Assembly (NCBI GenBank): GCA_046538485.1 | Contig: JBKHIT010000038.1 | Span: 1 to 46,001, forward strand | Length of the DNA: 46,001 nt | From: Candidatus Brocadiia bacterium | GTDB lineage: Bacteria; Planctomycetota; Brocadiia; SM23-32 | Direction of reading: 5' to 3' | Part shown: positions 9,909-20,600 of the stretch, in pieces | Layout of the letters: each line of letters opens with the position of its first letter | Position numbering within the stretch: the stretch's first letter is position 1 | Translations under genes and position numbers: made by a program | The notes under the pieces: model-generated | What the model saw: the letters and a program-made list of their open reading frames with translations, nothing else | Database searches by the model: none | Told to the model about the DNA's origin: nothing

Positions 9909-11228
9909 CTACGACAACCCCTCATCCAGCTTTCTGATGGCTTCCACAACCGTCTCCTCGACGTCCGGCGAGAGGTAACCGACCCCGGGAGGTAACAATC
10001 CACGGGTCTCATAACCACCCTCTTCAATAATCTGAGCGGTGGGCAGGTATCCGAAAACCTCGTGGCTGTAACCGGTCACCCATGCCTTTTCCGGGGAAAG
10101 CACCTCGGCCGCGCGGAAAGCGTAACCCGAGGTCACTTCGCCCGAAATCCCCACCAGATCGAGATCGTCTCCGAACCGCCAGAGGCTCAGGGGAGCGCTG
10201 TAAGTCGTGGGCAAGGTTTCTCCGCGATCCATCATTTCAAGCATCAGTTCGGCGTTGAATTTCTGCCACTCCGGCCCTTCTGCCCATTCGCTCAGTGTCT
10301 CCCGGGAGAGATCGGTTTGCAGCGGGAGATCGACTTCGGTAAATGCGGTTCGGAAAGGCCCGTCAACCGGCTCGAATTGCTCTTCTGCCAGCACGCGCCC
10401 GATTTCCGTCGCCAGAGAAACCCCGTGCCGGCGGACGTGGACCCATTGTCTTGAGCCCCCCCGCGGTTCGGTATTGGCATCCGCCCCACAACCCGCGAGG
10501 TAGATAGCCGTTGCGCCGGGGTGTTCCCGTTCGATCAGCTCGCGGGCAAACCCGGCGTAGTCTGAGCAGATAAGAAGATTGCGGGGTCCAAGGGTTACGT
10601 TATGGCACGCACAACCAAAAACGACCGCCCGCAAACTCCCATCCGGCTCTTCCACGCGCAACACGGGGACAACATCGTCGACGCGTCCCGGCTCATGCGG
10701 TCCCATCCCCGTCCAGTTCCCGTCTTCATCCAGTTTTCGGCGGTTCGCGATGAATTCTGCCCTTCCTTTGGTCCATGAAAGGTTGGCCGGTGCGAGATTC
10801 TTGAAAGCTTCCGCAGCTGTTTCGGCGACTGTTTGCGGCAACTTATCCGTATACTCGACAATCACCTCCCGGTCTTCCGCCTCAAGCGGTAGCCGACCTT
10901 CGATATCGGCCTGCGCAAGAGCGGGACCGGAATGCGTATGGGAAGCATTGATCAAAATACTTTCGCGGGGCAGCCCGGTCGCTTGCGCCACGGCGTCCGC
11001 CATCTCTGCCGCCAGTTCACGGCGAGGTGTGCACAGATCAAGCGCTATAATCACGGCCCGGTTTCCCTCTTGATCCTCAAAAGCAATGGCGCGGGAATAG
11101 AGATCGTTCAGCACACCCCTGGAGGGCTGGAAACGTTGCTCGCAAAGGTAACCGTAGAGCCAGATCGGTTTTTCCGGCGTGATACACCGGACTCCCACTC
11201 CAACGCGCCAACTCGAATCAGAAGACAT
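9909..11228 (-). CDS. Neutral/alkaline ceramidase N-terminal domain family amidohydrolase
   Basis: ITP..PIWLYGY, ASHTHSGP, NRR, ACHNVTL, SDYAG, GCGAD, GEV, EGGYE. Confidence 0.85.
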   Translation of the reverse strand: MSSDSSWRVGVGVRCITPEKPIWLYGYLCEQRFQPSRGVLNDLYSRAIAFEDQEGNRAVIIALDLCTPRRELAAEMADAVAQATGLPRESILINASHTHSGPALAQADIEGRLPLEAEDREVIVEYTDKLPQTVAETAAEAFKNLAPANLSWTKGRAEFIANRRKLDEDGNWTGMGPHEPGRVDDVVPVLRVEEPDGSLRAVVFGCACHNVTLGPRNLLICSDYAGFARELIEREHPGATAIYLAGCGADANTEPRGGSRQWVHVRRHGVSLATEIGRVLAEEQFEPVDGPFRTAFTEVDLPLQTDLSRETLSEWAEGPEWQKFNAELMLEMMDRGETLPTTYSAPLSLWRFGDDLDLVGISGEVTSGYAFRAAEVLSPEKAWVTGYSHEVFGYLPTAQIIEEGGYETRGLLPPGVGYLSPDVEETVVEAIRKLDEGLS

Positions 11229-11270
11229 CGTACTTTCCTCCCGTCATTAATTTTCAGCGTTAAAAATCTT

Positions 11271-12650
11271 TCAGTCCGCGGAATCGGGCAGATACGCACC
11301 GTTGGCTTTCAGTTTGGTTCGCAATTCATCGGTATCCACTTCGTGCACATCTCCCGAGCCAGCGGCTGCCATAGCCGCGGCAGCGCCCGCGGCTTCGCCG
11401 GTGTTCAGACAACAGGCCATGATGCGGACGGTGCCGTTGGTAGGCCGATCGGTGGATATGCAACGCCCGGCCACCAGCACGTTGCATAGCCCTTCCGGAG
11501 TGAGACAACGATACGGCACGCCGACACTTTCACCCGGCTTAAGCCGTTGGGTTACCTCTCGATTGTGTTCTTTCAATTCGGGAATACTTTTCTGGGCCAT
11601 TTCCAGGGCGCGTTCTTTTGAAGAATGCACGTCGATCCCGTACGCGTTCCGGCATATTTCATCCGGGAAACTGCGGGCAGCGCGATAATCTTCCAGAGAC
11701 AGAACATAATCGCCCATGATACGGCGGGTCTCCCGGATACCGAGCAGACTGCCGGTCGCGGCGAGGAACGAATTCGCCAGCGCAGGATGGTATTCCGCAA
11801 AAGCGTCCCGGTATTGAGCCGCCAGACGACGACCTTCAATCAGCGCCTCCGATACACTCGCGGGATCGGTATTATCGACCCCGAAGATGTGGCCCGTATT
11901 GAAACCGAACGCTTTGGGCCCGATCTTCCGATAGCAGGAATGCAGCTCATTGACAAGCGGATATTTGTCGTCTTTGATGGCCTGCCAGGCCGGGCTCTCA
12001 GGGTCGTAAAAGTGGATATCCGGCCCCTCTGCCAGCCTTTCCTCGTCAATGTTCGTAATGACAAAACAGTGAGTGCCAGGCTGCAGTCCCCCCGTTTCGT
12101 CTCCTTTCTCAAAATCCGCGCCGGCCCAGGCCCCGAGATCTCCGTCGCCGGTGCAGTCGACGTAAACTTTTGCTTTGTACGCTGACAGACCCGACTTGTT
12201 GGCGACGATCAGCGCATCGACCTCACCTTCCGGCCCCTGCTCAACGCCACAGAGTTGCGAGTGGAACAGAACACGCACCCCGGCTTCCGTGACCATATCG
12301 TCATAGATTCGCTTGAGTAATTCGGGATCAATCGCCGGGGAAGTGAGCGGATTTTGTTCCAGCGCGACTTTCAAATGCGGCATGCCATCCGCGAGGGCTT
12401 CCAGGATGTGGTTAGCCAGACCGCGGGCGATTATTTTTTCGCCGTCTCCGTACCCGCAGAACCAGGGAACAAGACCGGACGTGCCCATCCCCCCCAGTAT
12501 ACCGCTGGCTTCCAGAAGCAGGGTTTTTGCTCCTTCGCGGGCCGCCGCCGTCGCGGCGGTGCAACCGGCCGGTCCCCCGCCCGCAACAATGACATCCCAT
12601 GAATCGTCCAGGGGCAAAGCGTTTTCAGACATCTCATACGTTTTCGCCAC
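11271..12650 (-). CDS. FAD-dependent oxidoreductase (FAD_oxidored type)
   Basis: DVIVAGGGPAG..AAAREGA, DCTGDGD, GIRETRRI, VPYRCL, NVLVAGRCIS. Confidence 0.92.
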   Translation of the reverse strand: MAKTYEMSENALPLDDSWDVIVAGGGPAGCTAATAAAREGAKTLLLEASGILGGMGTSGLVPWFCGYGDGEKIIARGLANHILEALADGMPHLKVALEQNPLTSPAIDPELLKRIYDDMVTEAGVRVLFHSQLCGVEQGPEGEVDALIVANKSGLSAYKAKVYVDCTGDGDLGAWAGADFEKGDETGGLQPGTHCFVITNIDEERLAEGPDIHFYDPESPAWQAIKDDKYPLVNELHSCYRKIGPKAFGFNTGHIFGVDNTDPASVSEALIEGRRLAAQYRDAFAEYHPALANSFLAATGSLLGIRETRRIMGDYVLSLEDYRAARSFPDEICRNAYGIDVHSSKERALEMAQKSIPELKEHNREVTQRLKPGESVGVPYRCLTPEGLCNVLVAGRCISTDRPTNGTVRIMACCLNTGEAAGAAAAMAAAGSGDVHEVDTDELRTKLKANGAYLPDSAD

Positions 12651-12865
12651 AACCGAATCTCCTTTTCAACATGCCTCCCGAAACCGAATGCATCACAAGA
12701 GCTGAAAGGTTACAGATAAGTCGGGGGAATTATCGCGAGATTGTGGACTGGCTGCAAACCGGATACTGGACTCCAGATTTCAGGGCACGGAACGAGAGCA
12801 CGCACGAAGGGATGGGGGCTCGGGTTCAGCTGGGGCCGCTCACGGCCGCTGAAGCTGGACTCGCG

Positions 12866-12981
12866 CGCCTCAGGCGTACTTGAGGCGGACGAGCGTTGGA
12901 CAATACCAGGGGGGCAGGAAAGTCCCAACAGACCTGGCCGCGTTCTGAACTCCAGCCTCCGGCTGAAGTCCAGTCCGCTCA
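12866..12981 (-). repeat. Dispersed palindromic element copy
   Basis: 12938-12981 is the reverse complement of TGAGCGGACTGGACTTCAGCCGGAGGCTGGAGTTCAGAACGCGG; ACTTGAGGCGGACGA (~12878-12892) is the reverse complement of the module at ~438-451. Confidence 0.9.
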
Positions 12982-13256
12982 TGAACAAGCAGAATCGCCT
13001 TTTGCACTAAATGCACGGCCCTGTCTCCGCAAAACAGGTATGAAACCCTGGCGCGAGGCGATGTCGGTCCTTCAAATCCCACCCAGATTGCGCCAGTTGT
13101 ATCCAACGGCCCCCAACCGCTTGCAGGATTTGCAGTATGGGTGAGCATACCGCTCACGGGCTTCCGGGCTATCCTCCGCATCGGGACAACCGTATATTCG
13201 GATCGTGCCGGAGTCGAAAAAACGTCTCGTTTACGTGCCGCCCGCCGCCTCCCGAT

Positions 13257-13284
13257 TTGACCTGAAGGCAAAAATGATTATGAT
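13257..13284 (+). promoter_or_regulatory. Putative sigma70 promoter of the small ORF-topoisomerase operon
   Basis: TTGACC-16 bp-TATGAT, about 40 bp upstream of ATG 13324. Confidence 0.5.
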
Positions 13285-13323
13285 CTGCTTTGAAATCCTT
13301 TTCCTTTAAACGGAGTTTCGACT

Positions 13324-13515
13324 ATGCCAGCTGCTGCATCTCTTGAGGAACTTGAAGAGGTCCAAAACGAACTCGAAAGCTTGAAAATGAAACACGGTGA
13401 AGCCTATGACGATTTCGTCGATCTCTTCAAACGCAATCGATCGGTTGGATACAAAAACATCTGCAAGATGCTGATCGGTGACAAAACGGCCCGCGAACTG
13501 AAAGGTCTGGACTGA
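13324..13515 (+). CDS. Small helical hypothetical protein (63 aa)
   Basis: GGAG RBS; protein-like amphipathic composition; 8 bp upstream of the topoisomerase. Confidence 0.8.
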   Translation: MPAAASLEELEEVQNELESLKMKHGEAYDDFVDLFKRNRSVGYKNICKMLIGDKTARELKGLD

Positions 13516-13523
13516 TACCATCG

Positions 13524-15701
13524 ATGACTGACAGTTCACCTCAAACCAAAAATCCCGCGGATCCCAATAAAGTCATCGTCGTTGAGTCGGGCGCCAAGAC
13601 CAGAACCATCCGGCGCTTCCTTCGCGGGGAATATTCCGTGATCGCCTGCGGCGGGCACATCATGGATCTTCCCGATGACAATCTTGGGATCGATATCGAA
13701 GACAACTTTCAGTACCGCCCTCAACCCATCACGTTCAGGGGAAAAAGCAAAGTCCAGCAGGTGCGCGAGAGACTTATTGATGCCGATGAAGTCTACTTAG
13801 CCACCGATCCCGACCGGGAAGGTGAAGCCATCGCCGCGGATCTGCTCCAGAACTGCCTTCCCCCCGGCGCAACCACACGCCGGATTCAGTTTAACGCCAT
13901 CGTCTATCATGCCGTGATGGAAGCTCTCGATAACCCACGCGACATCGACGAAGACCTCGTAGAATCTCAGCGCGCGCGCCGCGCTCTCGACCGGTTGATC
14001 GGCTTCATCCTCTCACCAATGGTCCAGTACCATCCTGAAAGCCCGGGGCTGCCTGCCGTCGGACGGGTCCTGGCCCCTGCAGTGGCCCTTGTGGTAGATC
14101 GAGAAAAGGAAATCGCCTCGTTCAAGGTGCGAAAATACTGGAGCCTGCACGCGCGTCTTACCTGCGATGACGAAACCCTTACCGCGAAACTGCAAACCGA
14201 AACCGACGATTTTGCGGAAGCCCGCGACATAGCTCAGGCGGTGATGGACCGAGCCCGCATGAAGGTTATCGAACGAGAAGACGATCCAAACGATGAACAG
14301 AACCCCCCGCCGCCCTATACCACCGATTCGCTCCAAGATGACGCGGATCGGTTACTGAATTTCACTCCCGAACGCACCATGGAACTCGCTCAGGAACTTT
14401 ACCAGGGCGTCGAAATCGGAGAGGCGGGCACGACCCGGGCGCTCATTACATACATGCGAACGGATTCCACCCGTGTTTCTCCGGCGGGAATGGGACTGGC
14501 TAAAAAAGCTTTGAACATCAGGGAAGATGTCACAGAAGATCTATATCGGGGCCGCCCCTGGCGACCGACAGCAGCCGCTCAAGATGCCCATGAGGCGATA
14601 CGGCCGACAGCGCCCGAAGACCCTGAGCTTTTTCCGGAAGCCCTTCAGGGGAAAATTCCAGAACCTCTTCAGCAACTTTATATGCTGATCTACTACCGGT
14701 TCCTTGCTTCCCAGACGAAACCAGCCGTTTACCATACGACTGAACTGACGCTGAGAAGCGGTGATATGCAGGCTTCCGCTACGGGAAGCGTGCTCAAGAA
14801 AAAAGGGTTCCTGACGCTCTATCGCAAAACCCAGCCGGACTACGGACGGGAAGAGATCTCACTGCCATACGTGGAAGAGGGGACGGATTTACCGGTGGAA
14901 AGAGCCTGGCCCGAGCGCGAACAAACTTATCCACCGCCCCGCTACCGGGAAGGCTCACTGGTAAGACAACTGAAAGAACTCGGGATTGGCCGACCTTCCA
15001 CCTACGGCAATATTCTGCGCAAGATCAAAAAAGGTCATGGAGGATACGGTTACGTGCAAAAAAGACGCGGCAAACTGCGTCCTACTCCACGAGGAGAATC
15101 GCTCTGCCAGTACCTTCGGAGCAAATACGAAAAAGTAATCTCGTACGAATACACAAAGCACATGGAGGAAGAACTGGAAAAAATCGCACGCGGCGAGGAA
15201 GGGACCGGATATCGCGAATTCCTCCAGAACGAATTCCAGTGGCTCGAAAGCGCCTACAAAGAAGCCCAAAAAAAGGACTGGATATCCGGTGACAAACCGA
15301 CCCCAGCCCAGGTCCAGCTTCTCGAACGTCTGGCTTCAGATGCCGATATAGAATTGCCGGATGAAGCACGTAAATCGCGGGATACAGCCAGCCGCTGGAT
15401 CGATAAACTGCGTGACGAAATTAAAACAACCGTCCGCATCTCAGATATCGATCAGGTGGACGTCGGCGGGGTGCCGTGTTCACGAGTCCGACTGTTCTAC
15501 AAAGGCAAACTCCCGCAGACCGAACACGATCATCTGAAATCCATGGGTATGAAATACCAGAGACCGTCCGGCGACCGCCCCCCCTCCTACCAATACCAGC
15601 GCCAGGACCACGAAAGAGTGGAGGAAGTGCGCGACGAACTGCTGGAACGGTTCGGTGGAAAAGAAGTGACTCTGGAAACAGAGGATACCAGCGAAGCATA
15701 A
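13524..15701 (+). CDS. topA: Type IA DNA topoisomerase (TopA-like) with an atypical C-terminus
   Basis: TOPRIM VVESGAK, ATDPDREGEAIA; catalytic LITYMRTDS; AQDAHEAIRPT; GIGRPSTY; no C4 zinc ribbons. Confidence 0.92.
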   Translation: MTDSSPQTKNPADPNKVIVVESGAKTRTIRRFLRGEYSVIACGGHIMDLPDDNLGIDIEDNFQYRPQPITFRGKSKVQQVRERLIDADEVYLATDPDREGEAIAADLLQNCLPPGATTRRIQFNAIVYHAVMEALDNPRDIDEDLVESQRARRALDRLIGFILSPMVQYHPESPGLPAVGRVLAPAVALVVDREKEIASFKVRKYWSLHARLTCDDETLTAKLQTETDDFAEARDIAQAVMDRARMKVIEREDDPNDEQNPPPPYTTDSLQDDADRLLNFTPERTMELAQELYQGVEIGEAGTTRALITYMRTDSTRVSPAGMGLAKKALNIREDVTEDLYRGRPWRPTAAAQDAHEAIRPTAPEDPELFPEALQGKIPEPLQQLYMLIYYRFLASQTKPAVYHTTELTLRSGDMQASATGSVLKKKGFLTLYRKTQPDYGREEISLPYVEEGTDLPVERAWPEREQTYPPPRYREGSLVRQLKELGIGRPSTYGNILRKIKKGHGGYGYVQKRRGKLRPTPRGESLCQYLRSKYEKVISYEYTKHMEEELEKIARGEEGTGYREFLQNEFQWLESAYKEAQKKDWISGDKPTPAQVQLLERLASDADIELPDEARKSRDTASRWIDKLRDEIKTTVRISDIDQVDVGGVPCSRVRLFYKGKLPQTEHDHLKSMGMKYQRPSGDRPPSYQYQRQDHERVEEVRDELLERFGGKEVTLETEDTSEA

Positions 15702-15937
15702 AGCTATGATGCGGGCAAAGCTTCAGTAAAAAATGGGCTGTGAATGCGTTTCCCCCAGGGCATCTGCCCTGAATCAATAAAGAAACCCGAACCCACCTCG
15801 TCCCGCCGTCACGGCAGCGAGGTATCCGGGGGTTTGGAAACAGAATTAGTTTCTGAACAGAACCAAAGCGGTGTGCCGTCTCAGCGCGAAGCGCTGGCTA
15901 TGGAGTGCGTGCGCGGCAGCGCCGTCAATAAACGCAT

Positions 15938-16072
15938 GTGGCACAGGCTCCTCGGGCTCCTTAGCCTTGCGCGGAGGAGGCTCCAGCCTGTGAACCCGGT
16001 CGCGAGACCCGGATCTGTCCCGCGTTCTGAACTCCAGACCCCGCTGGGCAGGACTGAAGTCCAGTCCGCTCA
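15938..16072 (-). repeat. REP-like cluster between convergent genes
   Basis: CACAGGCT..AGCCTGTG inverted repeat (15942-15992) enclosing another palindrome; core element copy at 16020-16072. Confidence 0.85.
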
Positions 16073-16172
16073 TATGCCAGCCACAGGGAACGGGATCGGT
16101 GGCCACCGGCACCGTGCTTGAAAGCCGGCTCCCGGATTCCCTCCGGATTTTAGGGATCCTTCCGCTACGGCC

Positions 16173-16394
16173 TCACTCCTCCCCCTGCGGCCATTCCGAT
16201 CTCTCGGTGGTCACCGCGTAGCAGAACCGTTTCCATCCGAACTCACGCCCCGAAAGCGGACAGCGCAGAGTCACTGTCTTCTCATCGCAATCGATAACCT
16301 CCCAGTCGCCGTTCCTCGGTCCCCCATCGATCTGGATCTTCTGGCCGATCTCAAAATCATACGGACGGAATACGGTCACTTCTTCCTCAGCCAT
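16173..16394 (-). CDS. Small beta-rich hypothetical protein
   Basis: AAAGGA before ATG 16394; FRPYDFEIGQKIQIDGGPRNGDWEV..LRCPLSGREF.W looks like an SH3/KOW-like barrel (inference). Confidence 0.7.
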   Translation of the reverse strand: MAEEEVTVFRPYDFEIGQKIQIDGGPRNGDWEVIDCDEKTVTLRCPLSGREFGWKRFCYAVTTERSEWPQGEE

Positions 16395-16599
16395 TTGCGC
16401 ATCCTTTCGCATTGGTAGTCAAAATCAAATCACCGGCAGGGAAAAACCGCATACATGTCAGACCCTGAAATCAATGGTAGGCAACCACCGCGTGGGCTGC
16501 AAGAGACTTAAATCATGCACGGGCGCGGGGAGTTGAACAATGCGTGGAAAAAGTCTACGTTAGCATCTGTTTGAAGTCCTTGGATCAAAGGAGCGAGCG

Positions 16600-17592
16600 A
16601 TGAAAAAAGCAGCATTCGTGGCTTTTTTCGGTCTTCTGGTTTCAGTTTCAAGCGCGGCTCAACCCGGTCCCTCCCTACTTTTTTGCTCCCCACGCGGACT
16701 GGCAGCGGGTTACGTGGATCTCACCTACATCAAAGAGCTCCACGATGCGGGCTTCGAGGTAGATTACACCGAAGGACTGGACAAACTCACCGCGGACCGT
16801 ATCCGGCAGTATAACGTCCTTGTCCTCTACACCTGTCCCAACAAACAGCTCGCAAAACGCATCCTCAAGTACGTCGCCGGCGGAGGGGGCATCCTGCTGA
16901 TCCCCACCGAGCACAACATAAACAAGCAGCGTCTCTATGACATCACCGAACCTCTGGGGGCGGATCTGCCCGTTGAGCGTATCAAAGAGACCGATCCCGT
17001 AAAAAAAGGGCTGTTGAGCCACGGCGCACGCGGAGTCCCGCTGGCCTACACCTTCCAGATTCCCCCATCGCCCGTCAGCAAAGGCGTCAAAGGCATCTGG
17101 TACCCCACCTCTCCAGCCTACAACGCCTCTCACACAGGGCCGCTCGCCGTGGGGAAGCCGTGGCTGGTCGTTCTGCGGGGCTCCAAAACATCGAAAACGG
17201 TTCCAGTCAACCTTTCGGAATCCAACACGCCCGATTTGCTGGATCCTTTCATCCGGGAAGCAGGCGTGAAGGAACCGGTATTTTTCGCCATCCGTCCTTT
17301 TAAAAAAGGACGCGTCGTGCTGGTTGCTGAAGATACCGAAGGGCATTCTGCGGTGAGCACCCCACGCCGGTGCTGGAAGTCGGGCGGGCGCGCGGTGGTT
17401 TTCTGCGGCGATCACGTCAACGATTGCAAATCCGGCGGTATGATACTGGGCCGCGGTCCGGTCTCCCTGATATCCCACTGGGTGGTCCCTCTGCCCCCGG
17501 ACATCGCAGGTAACACGTGGGATGGAGGCCCGCCGGGTTCTCTGCCCCTCGTGACGTTCGGCGAAAGCCGTCCGGTGCTCGTATCGGATTGA
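16600..17592 (+). pseudogene. Secreted protein with a GATase/ThuA-like N-terminal domain, probably an internally deleted remnant
   Basis: AAGGAG RBS and signal peptide; YNVLVL..YVAGGGGILL; abrupt change of character after KGRVVLVA and abrupt end. Confidence 0.5.
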
Positions 17593-17619
17593 AAAATTTT
17601 CTGAGTCAGGAATAGAAAA

Positions 17620-17955
17620 GTGAATAAGCGGCAGTTTCCGCTCAAGTTTATACTCGTGCTCGGAGCGTTCTTTGCGGCTTGCTTGGACGCCGCCGAAAAG
17701 CATCCATATCGGGACGCCATATTGTGTCGCAACGAATGGCAGCCGGTCTGTATTACCGTGACAAATCTGGGGCGGCTTCCCCTGCCTTTCAGCGTGGGCA
17801 TCGGACGTAAAATAGAACCGGGGCCCTGCACCGCCGGCACCGTTGATATAGATCTTAAACTCAAAGTCTGGCCCCTTCGTCTCCCGGAAACATCCCGGAT
17901 GGTTACAATTGTTGTGAAAAATGCTGGAATCCCTGAACACATTTTTTCTTTTTGA
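17620..17955 (+). pseudogene. Remnant of a secreted glycoside hydrolase-associated protein
   Basis: Signal peptide followed by compressed motifs CRNEWQPV..NL and LKLKVWPLRLP, which normally precede a much larger catalytic domain. Confidence 0.45.
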
Positions 17956-18016
17956 GGGGCTTGAGTTGTGCGTCCGGCCAAATCTTTCTGTCTGAATCTA
18001 CCAAGGAGCCATTCTC

Positions 18017-20386
18017 ATGGTCTCGCCTGCTCGACCCGCAATCGAAGTCAGTTACGCCGATCCGCGCCCCCGGGGACTTCCCGTTTCGATCGGAATTCCA
18101 TTCCCTCAGGGAGAAGTTAAAAATCCATCCGCTTTAGCGGTCGCCGAGCCCGGTGGAGAAATTCGTCCCACCGGCGCGCGTCCTCTCGCGCACTGGCCGG
18201 ACGGATCTGTGCGGTGGTGTTTGCTGAGTTTCGGAGCCCGGCAAATCGGCCGCCACCAGGTCTCTACGGACAAAACGCCCCCTCAGCCGGAATGTCCTGT
18301 CACGATGGGAATTCAGAACGGCGGACATGTAATCAGCAATCGTCTGCTTACCGTGCACCTCTCCGAAACCGGACCGGGGCCGATTTCTCATATTGATTTT
18401 GGCGACCACGTTCTGCTCGACGATCCGGCGGCGCTGCGTTTGTGCGTGGATCAAGCTTCAACCGCCCACGAAAAAAAAAGAGCAATCGAGGTAATCGAAC
18501 ATACGCCGGTCCGATGTCGTGTCCGTCTTGAAGGCGCTCATTACACCCCGAATCAGGAGCGGCATCTATCTTATCGGCTCGATATCGAGATGTGGGCCGG
18601 TTGGCCAAATCTTCGCCTCGATTACCATTTTTTCAATCGAAAATCTGGAACCCGGTCGGTTCCTGTCAACCGCATTGCACTGGAAACAACCTGGCAATTC
18701 AATGAACAACCTCGCCGTCATTTTCTGCAAACTAACTACGGTCTTTTCTATGTCAGCCGGCATGTCGTCAACCCCGATCCGGTCGAATTGACCGCTGACT
18801 TTGAGAGAGGCAGAACCCACGTAACAGATCCCGGAATGCTCCTCGACGACGTCGATTACCCTTTCTATCTTCACCCTCCACTCGTCGACACCAATGACTG
18901 GCTCGGCGTCCATGACGGGCAAAAGGGCATCTATATGCAGGTGCAGGATATGACTCAAGCGAAACCGAACAAACTGTGCAGCAAAGACAACAGCCTTGTC
19001 TTCGAGCCCTGGTCCGCCGATGCCGGAACTCTCGATCTGCCGCAGGGGCGCTCCCGTCGCCACGTATGCTCGCTCGCTTTTCTATCGGCCGAAGACAACG
19101 AATCGTGGGACAGCGAACCTGACGGCCCGCAAAATGTGGCAGACTCACTCACTGCCCTTTTATACCGGGCAAGAGCCTCCGTTGCCCCCCGGTGGCTGGT
19201 TCACTGCGGCGAGTTCGATCAGGGGAAGGTTCTCCCTTTTGGAAAACACGTCCGCGTCGAACAGACACTCCACGGGATGATGAATCTTGATATGCCGGAC
19301 ACGAAATTCGATGTCGGCGATACCAAAAGCCACTATACGGGCGGGTATGTGGCTATGAATCCTGACAAAGTGCCGCATCTCGAGGGCGCCCCTGAAATGC
19401 CGCGTATCTGGCCGGACGGACGGCCGACCCAAACCTACATCGACTGCCACGAACCGGTCTGGACCAATAACGAATACGACGCTATCCATGCTTTCTGCAA
19501 CGAACTGATGCGGACGGGGCGGCATGACCTGTGGCCCACCATCCGACTGCTTGCCCGGCATAATATTGAGGTCGATTTTGTGCATTATTCTGACCATCGG
19601 TGGATACATCGGGCCACCCCCGCGCACAGCGCACGACATACCACCACCGGGGCGTACCCGAGCCATTTCTGGACCCAGGGATTGCTTGAGTATTATTGCA
19701 TGACCGGTGATCCCGACGCCCTCGAAGTCGCGCTTGCTCTCGGCGATAAAACCATCGAGAACTTCGAAGAACCTGAAGTGCGGGAAAAACTGTGGGGTTT
19801 CAATCGGGAAGTTGGATGGGCCCTGCTGCTTCTGGTACACCTTTACGATATCACCCGGGAAGAACGATTCCGGCCCCTCATGGACGAGATGGTCGACTAT
19901 CTGGCCGGTTTCGACCGCGACGCTTTTACCGGGGCAGTTAACCTTTCATCAGGCAACGACCTCCAAACGCTCAACCGCCAGATCGTGGGAAGCCTGTTTG
20001 GATACGTCAGCATGATTGAGGCCCTCGATCACTACGTTACCGTCACCGGACGGAAGGACGTTGAAAAGTGGCTGGAAAATTTCATGCACGATCTGGCGGA
20101 CGAAGCACTGAAAGCCGCACGGGAAGGTTCACCGCCCAATACCAGATTTTGCATGGTGCTGTCAGTGGGCTGGGAGCGCACTCGTGACGAACGTTTCCTG
20201 AAACTCATGGGGCTGTGGTTGGACAACCTGTACTGGAATTCTCCCGGCCCCAAAGGCAGCGGAAAGATAAAACCCGTGGCGTCGTTCTACCGTGGTTTCA
20301 CGCGCGCCATGGGACACGCGTATCGGGCCGGCCTCCTGGCAGAATACGAATACCCCGCCATGAAAGAATTGGACCGCGAGGGATGA
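18017..20386 (+). CDS. YetA/PcRGLX-like exo-rhamnogalacturonan lyase family (PL26-like) protein
   Basis: AAGGAG RBS; PVSIGIPFPQG..LAHWPDGSVRW N-terminal barrel; WTNNEYD, RHNIEVD, HFWTQGL; helical C-terminus. Confidence 0.75.
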   Translation: MVSPARPAIEVSYADPRPRGLPVSIGIPFPQGEVKNPSALAVAEPGGEIRPTGARPLAHWPDGSVRWCLLSFGARQIGRHQVSTDKTPPQPECPVTMGIQNGGHVISNRLLTVHLSETGPGPISHIDFGDHVLLDDPAALRLCVDQASTAHEKKRAIEVIEHTPVRCRVRLEGAHYTPNQERHLSYRLDIEMWAGWPNLRLDYHFFNRKSGTRSVPVNRIALETTWQFNEQPRRHFLQTNYGLFYVSRHVVNPDPVELTADFERGRTHVTDPGMLLDDVDYPFYLHPPLVDTNDWLGVHDGQKGIYMQVQDMTQAKPNKLCSKDNSLVFEPWSADAGTLDLPQGRSRRHVCSLAFLSAEDNESWDSEPDGPQNVADSLTALLYRARASVAPRWLVHCGEFDQGKVLPFGKHVRVEQTLHGMMNLDMPDTKFDVGDTKSHYTGGYVAMNPDKVPHLEGAPEMPRIWPDGRPTQTYIDCHEPVWTNNEYDAIHAFCNELMRTGRHDLWPTIRLLARHNIEVDFVHYSDHRWIHRATPAHSARHTTTGAYPSHFWTQGLLEYYCMTGDPDALEVALALGDKTIENFEEPEVREKLWGFNREVGWALLLLVHLYDITREERFRPLMDEMVDYLAGFDRDAFTGAVNLSSGNDLQTLNRQIVGSLFGYVSMIEALDHYVTVTGRKDVEKWLENFMHDLADEALKAAREGSPPNTRFCMVLSVGWERTRDERFLKLMGLWLDNLYWNSPGPKGSGKIKPVASFYRGFTRAMGHAYRAGLLAEYEYPAMKELDREG

Positions 20387-20422
20387 GCACAACATGCGCT
20401 GCAGAATTGCCTATCCGCGCTG

Positions 20423-20540
20423 TTAAGGTTCGCGATCCTTGATCTCATAAACCAGGCTATCGCCCGGGCCGAATCCGAGCGCTTCGCGGACGTCTTTCGG
20501 GATTGTTGTCTGCCCCTTTTTACTCTCTCCTCTCACACCG
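20423..20540 (-). pseudogene. AbrB/MazE-family DNA-binding (antitoxin-like) remnant
   Basis: KKGQTTIPKDVREALGFGPGDSLVYEI matches the AbrB swapped-hairpin motif; no proper start, truncated, no toxin partner. Confidence 0.7.
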
Positions 20541-20600
20541 GGAAAGTCGCTGAGCGCCCACTGTGGTTCGCTACTATTCCGCCTGCGTTTCGGGCACGGG

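Noticed and set aside
16431..16446. CACCGGCAGGG..AAAA shared with ~25843
   Set aside because: Only an 11-bp match with no further alignment; plausible by chance
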